From a virus, in UHGV virus genome UHGV-0390443: DNA of 39,252 bases; one strand, 5' to 3'. Position 1 is the stretch's first letter. Every line of letters starts with the position of its first letter. The notes under the pieces were generated by a model that saw only the letters and a list, made by a program, of their open reading frames with translations, was not told the DNA's origin and did no database searches. The position numbers and the translations under genes are program-made. Shown in pieces: positions 1-8,557 of this stretch.

Positions 1-142
1 TTTTGGGATCATTCAACATCCCGTTTTTGGGATCATTCAACATCCCGTTTTTGGGTATATTCCCGTTTTCGGTAACATTACCGTTTTCGGGTTCATTACC
101 CCCTTCCCGGTTGCCTTTAATGTTCCCGTTTTTGGTTATATT
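1..142. repeat. Origin iterons: perfect 24-bp units CCCGTTTTTGGGATCATTCAACAT (copies at 39224..39247, 39248..19 across the junction, 20..43) followed by degenerate CCGTTTT(T/C)GG copies to about 142
   Basis: Direct tandem repeats visible in sequence; embedded in the initiator coding frame, as in lambda ori within gene O. Confidence 0.75.
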
Positions 143-397
143 AAGAGAGAAAACCCGCACTCTTTTCGTCGCTCCCTTTCTCTCTCCGGTATCTGAAATA
201 AGCCCCATTTTCATGAGCGATATAAGCCCGGCCTGCACGGTTTTTTTATTCAGGCAAGTGTCTTTAACGAGGCGTTCTATGCTGGGGTAGCAGAGGTTAT
301 ATTCATCGGCTCTGTCAGCCATCGAGAGCAGTATGAGCTTTAATGATGAGCTGCCTGGATCTGTCTCCCAGGCCCAATCTGTTGCATGTCTGCTCAT
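1..397 (-). CDS. Replication initiator, lambda O-like, N-terminal part; gene crosses the circular junction and continues in 38810..39252
   Basis: Manual minus-strand translation: ATG at 397..395 preceded by GGAGA (spacing 6); N-terminus MSRHATDWAWETDPGSSSLKLILLSMADRADEYNLCYPSIERLVKDTCLNKKTVQAGLISMLKMGLISDTGERKG (winged-helix-like initiator domain); frame stays open through the iterons (encoding repeated PKNGMLND) to position 1, in phase with ORF 38810..39247; in-frame stop upstream at 412..410. Confidence 0.7.
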   Translation of the reverse strand, partial: MSRHATDWAWETDPGSSSLKLILLSMADRADEYNLCYPSIERLVKDTCLNKKTVQAGLISLMKMGLISDTGERKGATKRVRVFSLNITKNGNIKGNREGGNEPENGNVTENGNIPKNGMLNDPKNGMLNDPK

Positions 398-412
398 GAT
401 TAATCTCCGCTA

Positions 413-612
413 TCAGCTTGAGTGTTGTGGGGAGGAATTAATCATGATCTGCTTAATCTCTGCCCTGATGCGACGGTTTGATTCCATGGTGCACTCAACA
501 CAGTGTCCGTTGTAAACCCAGCGTTCACTGTCATGTCCGTGCTTACATTGTTTTCCGGTGTAATAGCGTTTAAGTCCGCGCTTTGCGGCATCAATACGTG
601 TAATGATTTCCA
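413..612 (-). CDS. Small zinc-finger-like protein (C-x3-H ... C-x2-C), about 66 aa
   Basis: ORF track 413..682; likely start at internal ATG 612 (MEIITRIDAAKRGLKRYYTGKQCKHGHDSERWVYNGHCVEC...); sits between Cro-like gene and initiator. Confidence 0.5.
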
Positions 613-693
613 TGGTAAGCCCTGTTATTAGTATTGGGATTACGGTCATTTTGTGCTGACACAAAAAAAAGATCAACCACATTTGGTTTTTTA

Positions 694-708
694 TTACCTT
701 TGAGGTGC
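694..708. promoter_or_regulatory. Operator-like dyad TTACCTTTGAGGTGC (imperfect member of TTACCT-N4-GGTAA family)
   Basis: Matches family consensus in 14 of 15 core positions; intergenic, upstream of zinc-finger gene on minus strand. Confidence 0.45.
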
Positions 709-709
709 G

Positions 710-742
710 AATAGATATGAAAAGACCGCCGGATGGCGGTCT
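710..742 (-). terminator. Putative intrinsic terminator after Cro-like gene (tR1-like position)
   Basis: Stem AGACCGCC/GGCGGTCT (723..742) with loop GGAT; minus-strand downstream tract TTTCATAT. Confidence 0.45.
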
Positions 743-763
743 ACAGAGGGTTGTGGCTGGATA

Positions 764-994
764 TCATGAGTAGAAGAAGTATGCCAGTTCTGCTTTTGAG
801 CGCAGCCATTGTCTTGTTTTACAGGCTTTAAAAAGCCCATTCATCAATACCTTACCTGGCATTTTGCGCTTACCTGTTAAGTGAGTCTGGATATAGTGAC
901 TCGTCGTTCCGGCTTCCTGTGCGAAGGCTTCACGCTCATCCGGAGTAAGTGCAAGCCAGTGCTTTTTGAAATCGAAATGTCCGTTATCGCTCAT
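764..994 (-). CDS. Cro-like HTH DNA-binding protein (first gene of minus-strand early operon)
   Basis: 76-aa ORF; HTH-like segment FAQEAGTTSHYIQTHLTGKR; divergent from repressor across operator-containing intergenic region. Confidence 0.6.
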   Translation of the reverse strand: MSDNGHFDFKKHWLALTPDEREAFAQEAGTTSHYIQTHLTGKRKMPGKVLMNGLFKACKTRQWLRSKAELAYFFYS

Positions 995-1061
995 AGCTAT
1001 TGCCTGATATTTATTTCAGATAATAAATATTCACCCATAAGGTAACAAAAATCAAGGATAG

Positions 1062-1093
1062 TTACCTATGGGGTGCATTTACCTGTTGGGTAA
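1062..1093. promoter_or_regulatory. Tandem operators in the switch region: TTACCTATGGGGTGC (1062..1076) and TTACCTGTTGGGTAA (1079..1093), centres 17 bp apart
   Basis: Dyad-symmetric sites between divergent genes 764..994(-) and 1149..1733(+); also flanked by GGTAAC...GTTACC inverted repeat 1041..1066. Confidence 0.6.
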
Positions 1094-1148
1094 TATTGCT
1101 TTAAATTGAATCATCTACTGATTCATATATGAGGCGATTTTCCAGAAA

Positions 1149-1733
1149 ATGAAAAGTATCCAGGACGTCCGCAGGCAAAATCTCAACGACTTGATCGACC
1201 GTGAATTCAATGGTGTTCAGACGCGGATGGCAGAAAAACTTGGAACTCAGGCAAATCTGGTAAACCGCTGGGCTCTTGGCAAGAAGGTTATCGGCGACCA
1301 GGTTGCGCGAAAAATTGAAGCTGCCGCCAATAAACCCCGTAACTGGCTTGATATCGATCGCTCGCTTTCTCAGGAAGGTTTTCAGCCTGTCGGCCCAAGC
1401 GACATTGGTCAGCTGGCGGCTCACAACCTGGAACGCTGGATGAGCGAAAGCCGCGACCTTTCAACACAGGGAAAACTTCACCGCGCATCCGGCGTCGCCC
1501 AGGTGACAATCAGCCGCCTGTTAAACAATGAGGTCAGCGTTTCCATTTCCACCCTGGAGAATGTTGCATCCGCATTCGGGCGTCACGGCTATGAATTACT
1601 GATTCACCCGCACGACCCTGCGACCATCAACTATGACCGCTCGCGCTACGCATTGTTACCCGAAACCGAGAAAGCAAAGATCGAAAGTTACATTGAATTT
1701 GTCATCAACCAGAACGAAAAAAACAAACAATAA
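1149..1733 (+). CDS. Phage repressor-like regulator with two HTH modules (CII/XRE-like N-terminal HTH plus second HTH); no LexA-like peptidase domain evident
   Basis: 194-aa ORF; motifs QTRMAEKLGTQANLVNRWALGKK and LHRASGVAQVTISRLLNNEVSVSISTLENVASAFG; CI-like position (divergent from Cro-like gene, followed by terminator). Confidence 0.65.
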   Translation: MKSIQDVRRQNLNDLIDREFNGVQTRMAEKLGTQANLVNRWALGKKVIGDQVARKIEAAANKPRNWLDIDRSLSQEGFQPVGPSDIGQLAAHNLERWMSESRDLSTQGKLHRASGVAQVTISRLLNNEVSVSISTLENVASAFGRHGYELLIHPHDPATINYDRSRYALLPETEKAKIESYIEFVINQNEKNKQ

Positions 1734-1753
1734 AATCATATTTTTCAGTAAGT

Positions 1754-1779
1754 AAGCCGCCTTCTGGCGGCTTTTTTAT
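1754..1779 (+). terminator. Rho-independent terminator after repressor gene
   Basis: AAGCCGCC-TTCT-GGCGGCTT followed by TTTTATT. Confidence 0.75.
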
Positions 1780-1790
1780 TGCCTGCGCAA

Positions 1791-1867
1791 TTACCTTAAG
1801 GGTAATTTTTTTAACTCATATCTATTGACACCAAACCAAATACGCATAATTATTACCTCAACGGTAA
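1791..1867. promoter_or_regulatory. Early plus-strand promoter region with two operators: TTACCTTAAGGGTAA (1791..1805) and TTACCTCAACGGTAA (1853..1867), flanking TTGACA at 1825..1830
   Basis: Perfect dyads; -35-like hexamer between them; immediately upstream of RBS GAGGTGA and ATG 1887. Confidence 0.6.
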
Positions 1868-1886
1868 CAGACCGAGGTGACAAGTT

Positions 1887-2039
1887 ATGCAGTGGAAAAT
1901 CATCAACGGTTGGTACTGCGTTACTGCATGCGGATTCATGAGCTGGAAGTTCCGCACCTTACAGGAAGGCATTAAGTGGGCTTTCGTCAGCAAAGAAGCT
2001 CGCGATGTGGCCAACGATAACGAGATATGGGAGGGCTGA
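1887..2039 (+). CDS. Small hypothetical protein (50 aa)
   Basis: ATG 1887 with strong RBS GAGGTGA at 1874..1880; not in ORF track (below 60 aa); MQWKIINGWYCVTACGFMSWKFRTLQEGIKWAFVSKEARDVANDNEIWEG. Confidence 0.45.
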   Translation: MQWKIINGWYCVTACGFMSWKFRTLQEGIKWAFVSKEARDVANDNEIWEG

Positions 2040-2041
2040 TA

Positions 2042-2341
2042 ATGAACGTTAATCAGCAGAAAAATCTTCAAAAAATCATGCTGGCATTCGACAAGGACTA
2101 CCGCCTGTCAGAACAGCTATATGACCGACAAGTTGAACTGATTGAGAGTATCCGGCTTCATCAACTGGCATCAACTTTCGACGTTGTAACAGTTAAAGGC
2201 GTTCGCCAGGAAGTACTGGAGGCCGCTAAAGACAGCCCTGAGTTCGAAGAACTAATGGATGCCTACCGGCGCGAGGCAATGGCAATTATCGCCCGCTGGG
2301 ATCTGGCTGATCAGATTGATGGGCAGAGGGACGCGGCATGA
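2042..2341 (+). CDS. Hypothetical early protein (99 aa)
   Basis: ORF track 2027..2341; ATG 2042 preferred (RBS GGGAGGG 2029..2035); translationally coupled to downstream exonuclease. Confidence 0.55.
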   Translation: MNVNQQKNLQKIMLAFDKDYRLSEQLYDRQVELIESIRLHQLASTFDVVTVKGVRQEVLEAAKDSPEFEELMDAYRREAMAIIARWDLADQIDGQRDAA

Positions 2342-3159
2342 ATCCGGGAATTTATTTCGATATCAGCAACGAGGACTACCACGCCGGTGACGGCGTGAGT
2401 AAGTCGCAGCTAGATATGGTGGCTAAGAACCCTGCCCTTCTGAAATGGGTGAAGGCTGCTCCGGAAGACGAAGAGAAGAAGTCTGCACTGGACATGGGTA
2501 CTGCTCTGCACTGTCTGCTTCTGGAACCTGGAGAGTTTGACAAACGCTTCATCGTTTCACCGAAATTCGATCGTCGGACAAAACAAGGTAAAGCTGACGA
2601 AGAGGCATTTATTCGTGATGTAGCGGATATGGGGATTTCGGTACTTGATGCAGAGCAGTGGCGAAAACTGGAGCTGATGCGTGATAGCGCAATGGCTCAC
2701 CCGGCGGCACGCTGGATGTTGGAAGCACCTGGTTACTGCGAAGCATCAATGTACTGGAACGATGAAGATACGGGTGAGTTGTGCCGAATTCGTCCAGACA
2801 AATGGCTGAACGAGCACAACGTGATCGTCGACGTGAAAAAGGTTGCAGATATGGACCGTTTTGCACGCCACATCGAGGAGTTCCGCTACCACGTGCAGGA
2901 CGCAATGTACCGCGAAGGCGCAATGAGGGTTACTGGTCAGCCACATGGTTTTTTCTTTCTTGCCGTGAGCGAAAGCATTGATTGTGGTCGGTATCCGGTA
3001 CGCGTGTTCGAGCTGGATGCGCCGGATGTCGATGCCGGGCACGCTCTGTTCCGCCGGGATCTGAATACCTATCACGAATGCCGCATCAACGATGAGTGGG
3101 GCGGAGTGGAAATTATTAAACGCCCTGACTGGGCACGTAAACAGGATATGTACGTATGA
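2338..3159 (+). CDS. Recombination exonuclease, PD-(D/E)XK fold (RecE/exonuclease VIII-like partner of RecT)
   Basis: 273 aa; ATGA overlap with upstream and downstream genes; motifs GTALHCLLLEP and DVKKVADM; immediately upstream of RecT-family gene. Confidence 0.7.
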   Translation: MNPGIYFDISNEDYHAGDGVSKSQLDMVAKNPALLKWVKAAPEDEEKKSALDMGTALHCLLLEPGEFDKRFIVSPKFDRRTKQGKADEEAFIRDVADMGISVLDAEQWRKLELMRDSAMAHPAARWMLEAPGYCEASMYWNDEDTGELCRIRPDKWLNEHNVIVDVKKVADMDRFARHIEEFRYHVQDAMYREGAMRVTGQPHGFFFLAVSESIDCGRYPVRVFELDAPDVDAGHALFRRDLNTYHECRINDEWGGVEIIKRPDWARKQDMYV

Positions 3160-4037
3160 GCAATGATATCGCAATCACATCACAACCAGGCGCAACTGTA
3201 GGTACTGCTGCGGCAATCTTCAGCCCGGAGGGCATGAATCAACTGGTGCGTTTCGCGGAGTTGATGTCACAAAGCAAAGCGACTGTACCGAAACATCTTG
3301 AAGGCAAACCTGCCGATTGTCTGGCGGTGACCATGCAGGCGGCACAGTGGGGAATGAATCCTTTCGCCGTGGCGCAGAAAACGCATGTGGTAAACGGAAC
3401 GTTAGGCTACGAAGCACAGTTGGTAAACGCGGTCGTATCCTCTTCCAGCCTGCTAGCGACACGCCTGAATTATCGCTGGAGCGGTGACTGGTCGAATGTT
3501 AACGGCAAAACAGATAAATCACCGAATCTGACGGTAACTGTGTCAGCAGTTCTTAAAGGAGAAGCAGAACCCCGTGAGCTTACCATCAGTATGGCGCAAG
3601 CCGGAGTGCGTAACTCTCCATTGTGGGAACAGGATCCGCGCCAGCAGCTTGCCTATCTTTGCACGAAACGATGGGCTCGCCTGCACGCTCCTGATGTACT
3701 TCTCGGTGTTTACACCCCTGACGAATTACAGGAAACGGCACCGCGCGTTGAGCGAGACATTACTCCGCAAACGACCACTGCTGCGGGAATGAACAGTCTG
3801 ATCAACGCTAAACCAGCGAAAAAGCCTGATGAGCAAACGCGTAAAGCGGATAGCCGTGATCCAGAAGAAATGCTGATGGCCTTTACCAGCGCAGCGATGA
3901 ATTACAGCACTGTCTCCGAACTGGATAAGGCTTACAAATACATTGCACAAAAACTTTCAGATGATGACGAACTGCTGGCAAAAGCCACCGACGTTTACAG
4001 CGTTCGTCGGGAAGAATTAAACGAAACATCTATGTAA
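3156..4037 (+). CDS. recT: RecT-family single-strand annealing recombinase
   Basis: 293 aa; RecT-like core (AVTMQAAQWGMNPFAVAQKTHVVNG...); ATGA coupling to exonuclease. Confidence 0.75.
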   Translation: MSNDIAITSQPGATVGTAAAIFSPEGMNQLVRFAELMSQSKATVPKHLEGKPADCLAVTMQAAQWGMNPFAVAQKTHVVNGTLGYEAQLVNAVVSSSSLLATRLNYRWSGDWSNVNGKTDKSPNLTVTVSAVLKGEAEPRELTISMAQAGVRNSPLWEQDPRQQLAYLCTKRWARLHAPDVLLGVYTPDELQETAPRVERDITPQTTTAAGMNSLINAKPAKKPDEQTRKADSRDPEEMLMAFTSAAMNYSTVSELDKAYKYIAQKLSDDDELLAKATDVYSVRREELNETSM

Positions 4038-4086
4038 CCACCACCGCGGCGCCACGCGCGCCGCACTGCAACCAAGAGAGGTATTT

Positions 4087-4335
4087 ATGAAAGGTGCATT
4101 AGGTAAGAAGGAACTCCTGGCGGTGGTGCCACTGTCATGGAGCACTATCGACCGTATGGAGCGCGCAGGGGAATTTCCTAAACGCTGGTATATCACCGAT
4201 AAACGCTGCGCATGGAACCGTGATGAAGTTGAGCGTTGGCTTGATGAACGTCAGGCAGCAAGCCCGGCAGAGTTCCAGGGTAAAAAACCTCCTGTTCAGC
4301 AACGTGTATATCGTCCCGTGAGCAACGCGGCATGA
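4087..4335 (+). CDS. AlpA/Xis-like small DNA-binding protein
   Basis: 82 aa; ELLAVVPLSWSTIDRMERAGEFPKRWYITDKRCAWNRDEVERWLDE resembles AlpA-family HTH; RBS AGAGAGG upstream. Confidence 0.7.
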   Translation: MKGALGKKELLAVVPLSWSTIDRMERAGEFPKRWYITDKRCAWNRDEVERWLDERQAASPAEFQGKKPPVQQRVYRPVSNAA

Positions 4336-4444
4336 GTGTGCTGCTAAGGCACTGGAGCAAATGGTCAGGATGGTACTTATTCCTGGCCTCTGTTTCTGCA
4401 TGGCTTTATCTGCTGGCATTAATTTTCAGAGAGGGTTGGATTAA

Positions 4445-4744
4445 GTGAGAAAGTTAAGCCGACTTGAAAAATATCACATGAACAAGGTTTCAATGCGCAG
4501 CCCTTCAAAGGTTGTTGCCGTTACTCCTGCGGCGATAGAGATCGAAAAACGCGCGATTGAAAGAGAGAAAAAAGGGCAGTTCCGCATTGCCGCCCACCTT
4601 TGGCTTCAGTGTATGGATGTTGCTTCTGGTGATGTTGAGCGTGCAAGGATCGCGGTTCGCAGGGACCAATGTATCACAAAAGGTAACGGCCTTCGCCGTG
4701 GCGACTATAGCGGCATAGGATGTTGCGGGGTGGTTTATGACTAA
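4445..4744 (+). CDS. Hypothetical protein; start uncertain (GTG 4445, or ATG 4493 with AAGG RBS)
   Basis: ORF track; overlaps start of methyltransferase. Confidence 0.45.
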   Translation: MRKLSRLEKYHMNKVSMRSPSKVVAVTPAAIEIEKRAIEREKKGQFRIAAHLWLQCMDVASGDVERARIAVRRDQCITKGNGLRRGDYSGIGCCGVVYD

Positions 4745-5387
4745 GAAATACACACTAATCTATGCAGATCCACCCTGGGTATACCGGGACAAAGCCGCAG
4801 ATGGTAATCGCGGTGCCGGTTTTAAATATCCGGTTATGAGTGTGCTGGATATCTGCCGCCTTCCTGTGTGGGATTTGGCCGATGAAAACTGTCTGTTGGC
4901 CATGTGGTGGGTGCCAACACAACCACTCGAAGCACTAAAAGTTGTTGAAGCCTGGGGATTCCGTCTGATGACCATGAAGGGCTTCACGTGGATAAAATGT
5001 GGTAGTCGACAACCAGATAAACTGGTTATGGGTATGGGACACATGACTCGCGCCAATAGTGAAGATTGCCTGTTTGCAGTAAAGGGAAAACTACCTCCGC
5101 GCATTAATGCAGGGATCGTTCAGTCATTTACCGCACCGCGGCTTGAGCATTCAAGAAAACCAGATGTCGTTCGTGAAAAACTTGTGCAATTGTTAGGCGA
5201 TGTTTCTCGCATTGAACTGTTCGCCCGCCAGTCGTCTCATGGCTTCGATGTTTGGGGTAATCAGTGCGAAGACCCGGCAGTGCAACTACACCCTGGATAC
5301 GCATTGGATATTGCCAGATTAACAAATGCATTCAGCAATGCTCCGCTGTCACCAACAGACAACCAGGGGCGGGAGCGTGCAGCATGA
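4737..5387 (+). CDS. MT-A70 family N6-adenine DNA methyltransferase
   Basis: 216 aa; catalytic DPPW motif (LIYADPPWVY) near N-terminus. Confidence 0.85.
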   Translation: MTKKYTLIYADPPWVYRDKAADGNRGAGFKYPVMSVLDICRLPVWDLADENCLLAMWWVPTQPLEALKVVEAWGFRLMTMKGFTWIKCGSRQPDKLVMGMGHMTRANSEDCLFAVKGKLPPRINAGIVQSFTAPRLEHSRKPDVVREKLVQLLGDVSRIELFARQSSHGFDVWGNQCEDPAVQLHPGYALDIARLTNAFSNAPLSPTDNQGRERAA

Positions 5388-5578
5388 ACAGGGCATCACC
5401 AGCAGATTTAAGGAAATGCCTTGAAACTGCAAACATGCTTGCACACAGCGGGATCAGGTTTGTTCCAGTTCCCGCTGTCACTGATGCTGAATTTGCAACG
5501 CTGTCAGCAATATTCGCAGACAAAATTGAATCACTGGCAGCAGAAGCCGAGATGGAAGAAAATCAGCAGAATAATTAA
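5384..5578 (+). CDS. Hypothetical small protein (64 aa)
   Basis: ATG 5384 overlapping methylase stop; ORF track 5264..5578 uses a non-ATG upstream start. Confidence 0.45.
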   Translation: MNRASPADLRKCLETANMLAHSGIRFVPVPAVTDAEFATLSAIFADKIESLAAEAEMEENQQNN

Positions 5579-5581
5579 ACG

Positions 5582-6832
5582 TTATTCCCCCGCCATCCAC
5601 TTCTCAAACTTCGACGGGGAGAACGGAATCAGATCCGTATGCTCCCCGTTAATCCAGGAATCAATCATATCGGCCCACTGCTGCAACATGTAGGCGCGCT
5701 GTCTGGCGTATTCCGCTTTGTTATATACGGCGCGCACACCTTTCTGCTCATGTGCCAGAGCCTTTTCAATCCAGTCTGAAGGATAACCAGCCTCATGCAA
5801 CAACGTACTGGCTGTACGGCGCATATCGTGTACGGTGAAGTCCTGAATATGCTCACCATCTTCATTTATTATTTTCACCGTTCTGTCGATCAGAGAGTTC
5901 AGCGCGGCATTAGATAATGGCTTCCGGAAATTGTAACGACCAGGAACCAGATATTCACTTCCACCAGCGCACATCTGCAACCCGACCAATATATCCTGTG
6001 CCTGTTTAGGCAGGTAAATAACGTGCGCCCGGCTTCCCTTCATACGGTCTGAAGGAATTGTCCATGTCCATTTTTTAAAATCTATTTCATCCCACGTTGC
6101 ATTGGTGAATTCGCCTTTACGAACCATAGTGATAAGCACCAGCTTTAAAGCCATTTTCATAGTGCCCATAGCGCCAATGGCATCCAACGTGCGGAAGAAC
6201 AGGCCAATTTCTTCTGGTGTCAGTGTTCGCTCTCGTGGTTTAAATATGGCGATAGACGAAGGTTTAATGTCAGCCGCAGGATTAAACAAACCATGACCAC
6301 GGTCATTGGCGTGACGGTATACGCTGCTGATGATCTCCCGGGCCTGCACTGCTGTTGCCCGGCCACCGCGTTCGACAATCCGGTCACACAAATCACGAAC
6401 CATCGATGTGGTAATTTCAGCCATCATTTTGTTGCCAAGAACCGGAAGTATGTCACGGTCGATCACCGCCTGCTTCATTGCGCGGGTACTTTCAGCCAGG
6501 ATGACGTGTTTCATATAACTGTCGGTATGTACCGCAAATGTCTCGGCACCACGAATCTTTTTGATACCGTCACGTTTAGCCGCAGCCGGCGACTGGCCTG
6601 CTTTAAGCAGCTTCTTTGCAGCAATCAGTTCTTCCCGCGCTTCTGCCAGGCTGATACCGTCACGCCCATACTGCCCGATTACCAGTGTTTCGCGGCGACC
6701 GTTGATACGGTAGTCATAGCGAAACGAGACCGTACCTGACGTAAGCACAGCTACATACAGCCCGTCACGATCGGAAACTTTGTACAGTTTGTCCTGTGGC
6801 TTGAGGTTCTTTAATTTTGTATCGGTAAGCAC
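5582..6832 (-). CDS. int: Tyrosine integrase (P4-like, with N-terminal arm-binding domain)
   Basis: 416 aa; N-terminus LTDTKLKNLKPQDKLYKVSDRDGLYVAV; C-terminal catalytic region HDMRRTASTLLHEAGY...RAVY; GTG start. Confidence 0.9.
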   Translation of the reverse strand: MLTDTKLKNLKPQDKLYKVSDRDGLYVAVLTSGTVSFRYDYRINGRRETLVIGQYGRDGISLAEAREELIAAKKLLKAGQSPAAAKRDGIKKIRGAETFAVHTDSYMKHVILAESTRAMKQAVIDRDILPVLGNKMMAEITTSMVRDLCDRIVERGGRATAVQAREIISSVYRHANDRGHGLFNPAADIKPSSIAIFKPRERTLTPEEIGLFFRTLDAIGAMGTMKMALKLVLITMVRKGEFTNATWDEIDFKKWTWTIPSDRMKGSRAHVIYLPKQAQDILVGLQMCAGGSEYLVPGRYNFRKPLSNAALNSLIDRTVKIINEDGEHIQDFTVHDMRRTASTLLHEAGYPSDWIEKALAHEQKGVRAVYNKAEYARQRAYMLQQWADMIDSWINGEHTDLIPFSPSKFEKWMAGE

Positions 6833-6860
6833 AATTCACCCGTATAGAAACCATTTTCAT

Positions 6861-6896
6861 GACGGTATGAGAGTATACCTTTAAGGTAATACCGTC
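6861..6896. promoter_or_regulatory. Int-proximal nested palindrome GACGGTAT...ATACCTTTAAGGTAA...ATACCGTC (contains an operator-family site at 6875..6889)
   Basis: 8-bp inverted repeat 6861..6868 / 6889..6896 enclosing a dyad site; immediately upstream of int start. Confidence 0.4.
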
Positions 6897-6954
6897 ACCT
6901 GTACCGCCGAAAAATATGGTGTAGAGTGAATAGAAATGAATACATAAAAACAAA

Positions 6955-6980
6955 AAACCCTCTGTAAAAACAGAGGGTTA
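6955..6980 (-). terminator. Rho-independent terminator ending the late operon (after spanin genes)
   Basis: Stem CCCTCTG/CAGAGGG with loop TAAAAA; minus-strand downstream tract TTTTTGTTTTT. Confidence 0.7.
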
Positions 6981-7150
6981 AATTAGTATCTGAATAGGAA
7001 TGAGTTGCTATGAGTTAGCTGTTAATCATTCCCACTCAATTATTTACGAAAACCATAACCAATTGACTGATAACAACTTTCCTCAACCTAATTTTCACCG
7101 TACCGTTTTATATACCGTCACCGGAAATCAGTACCATGAAAAATGCCATG

Positions 7151-7633
7151 CTATCTTGTCAGGGTGTCATACTGTTTTTCGCAGACTCTTCCGGCTGCGG
7201 CTGCCCGGTCAGCATACTCTGCCAGTTGTCTGTTTCTCTCGAGAGATTTGCTGAGCACGTCGGCAAGCAAAACTCCGGTGTCTGCGGCTGACGTCCCAGC
7301 GCCGACAATGGCGTTATACTGCCTGAGCTGCTCACGGATGGCAAAGAGTTGTTGCTGCAACCTGCCAGCGCGAGCGGCAGCATCAAGAGCATCATTGCGC
7401 GCCTGGTCGATCCTCTGCTGAGCTTCACGTTCATTGGCCACTTTCTCCTGTTCGTAGTACTGACGAACTTTGTCTTCTTCGGCTTTGCGGTCTTCTTCCG
7501 CCTGCGCATACCCGGCATCGTACTGGCGACTGCCGTGTATATTCCAGGCAACCACTCCGACGATGAACAGAGCAGCAAGCATCAACACAATAAGCATCTG
7601 TTTCCAATATGCTTTTACGAATGCCCAGATCAT
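7151..7633 (-). CDS. Rz-like inner-membrane spanin (i-spanin)
   Basis: 160 aa; N-terminal TM segment then charged coiled-coil region; last gene of lysis cassette. Confidence 0.7.
   Translation of the reverse strand: MIWAFVKAYWKQMLIVLMLAALFIVGVVAWNIHGSRQYDAGYAQAEEDRKAEEDKVRQYYEQEKVANEREAQQRIDQARNDALDAAARAGRLQQQLFAIREQLRQYNAIVGAGTSAADTGVLLADVLSKSLERNRQLAEYADRAAAAGRVCEKQYDTLTR
7159..7434 (-). CDS. Rz1-like outer-membrane lipoprotein spanin (o-spanin), embedded in the i-spanin gene in another frame
   Basis: Within ORF 7159..7578; start at internal Met giving [26 protein letters not shown] (signal peptide with lipobox LAGC), Pro-rich mature region. Confidence 0.6.
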   Translation of the reverse strand: MNVKLSRGSTRRAMMLLMLPLALAGCSNNSLPSVSSSGSITPLSALGRQPQTPEFCLPTCSANLSRETDNWQSMLTGQPQPEESAKNSMTP

Positions 7634-8259
7634 ATAGCCAGCACCTTACTGGCAGTGACGTACCGCGCGCGCCGGTCGTCGATGCCGTTCCTGCCACCAT
7701 TGATAATCAGAGTTACACGTGCAATATCACCGGTATACTTCATGCATCCTTTGCTGGCAAAGAACCACGCCGCGCTACGAGCCGCGTATTCGTCCTGCGC
7801 CAGCAGTTCAGGATTCTCCAGCAAGTCCACTTTCAAGCCGTTTCCGCAGTCACGATAGTTATTCAAACCGGTAATCTGGATAAGTCCGCGACCTCGGTAA
7901 TTCCAGCCATCGCCGGGAGCATTGTTCCCCATGCGTTTGCTGTACACCAGATTGGCAATCGCTCTCTGGCGCTCAGGTGGCAATGGTGGTTCACCAGCAC
8001 GGCGCCCCAATGCGTTGGCCTGTCCCTGAGTGAGACGCCCAGCCCGAACGAAGTTAGCCAGTCCGCTGACGCTGTAGTTGAAATTTTCCTGCAACCGGGT
8101 GAAGCCTCCAGACTCATGCCCGACCTGAGCAATAAACATTGCCTGATCTTCTGGTTTGCTGATATCAAACTCTTTCATCGCAGAAGTTATATGCGAGAAC
8201 CAGCGTGCGGCCAGCGCCTCGCTAATACCAGCAGCTCGCTGGAATTGTTTAATCTCCAT
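7630..8259 (-). CDS. Endolysin, glycoside hydrolase family 19 (chitinase-like lysozyme)
   Basis: 209 aa; motif [22 protein letters not shown]. Confidence 0.85.
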   Translation of the reverse strand: MEIKQFQRAAGISEALAARWFSHITSAMKEFDISKPEDQAMFIAQVGHESGGFTRLQENFNYSVSGLANFVRAGRLTQGQANALGRRAGEPPLPPERQRAIANLVYSKRMGNNAPGDGWNYRGRGLIQITGLNNYRDCGNGLKVDLLENPELLAQDEYAARSAAWFFASKGCMKYTGDIARVTLIINGGRNGIDDRRARYVTASKVLAI

Positions 8260-8557
8260 GTTTAGACCTCGTTATTTTGAAAATCTGAACGACGTTACCG
8301 CGAGTTTTAAGAACCGCAGCAAGCATGACAGCGTTGATAATGACCTCAGATAAATCCACAGCCATTGGCGTGCGTAACCAGATTGCATAGACGACACGAA
8401 CAGGAATACTGGCCGCAGCAACAATAAGGAAATAAGCAAGCCACCCTCCCCATCTTCGGTGTTGTGAACCGTTACGCCGGAATGTGACAACACGAATTGC
8501 TATGCCAGTACAAATAAGTGCATTGGTGATAAGCAAAACAAGCTCATTAGTTACCAT
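8249..8557 (-). CDS. Small membrane protein, holin or antiholin candidate
   Basis: 102 aa with 2-3 hydrophobic segments; between holin-like gene and endolysin. Confidence 0.5.
   Translation of the reverse strand: MVTNELVLLITNALICTGIAIRVVTFRRNGSQHRRWGGWLAYFLIVAAASIPVRVVYAIWLRTPMAVDLSEVIINAVMLAAVLKTRGNVVQIFKITRSKHGD

Noticed and set aside
1-142. Tandem repeats considered as a possible CRISPR array
   Set aside because: Units are contiguous with no intervening spacers, only 3-4 copies, and lie inside a coding frame next to a P-like gene; consistent with replication-origin iterons.
3-290. Plus-strand ORF (95 aa, MGSFNIPFLGSFNIPFLG...) from the ORF track
   Set aside because: It is a translation of the iteron repeats on the wrong strand with a TTG start; the opposite strand carries the in-phase initiator gene with an RBS and an HTH-like N-terminus.
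2609-3174. Minus-strand ORFs 2609..2923, 2746..3174 and plus-strand 2781..2981 overlapping the exonuclease gene
   Set aside because: Shadow ORFs in alternative frames of a coding region with coupled start/stop overlaps and domain motifs; same reasoning applies to the many short ORFs nested in the large structural genes.
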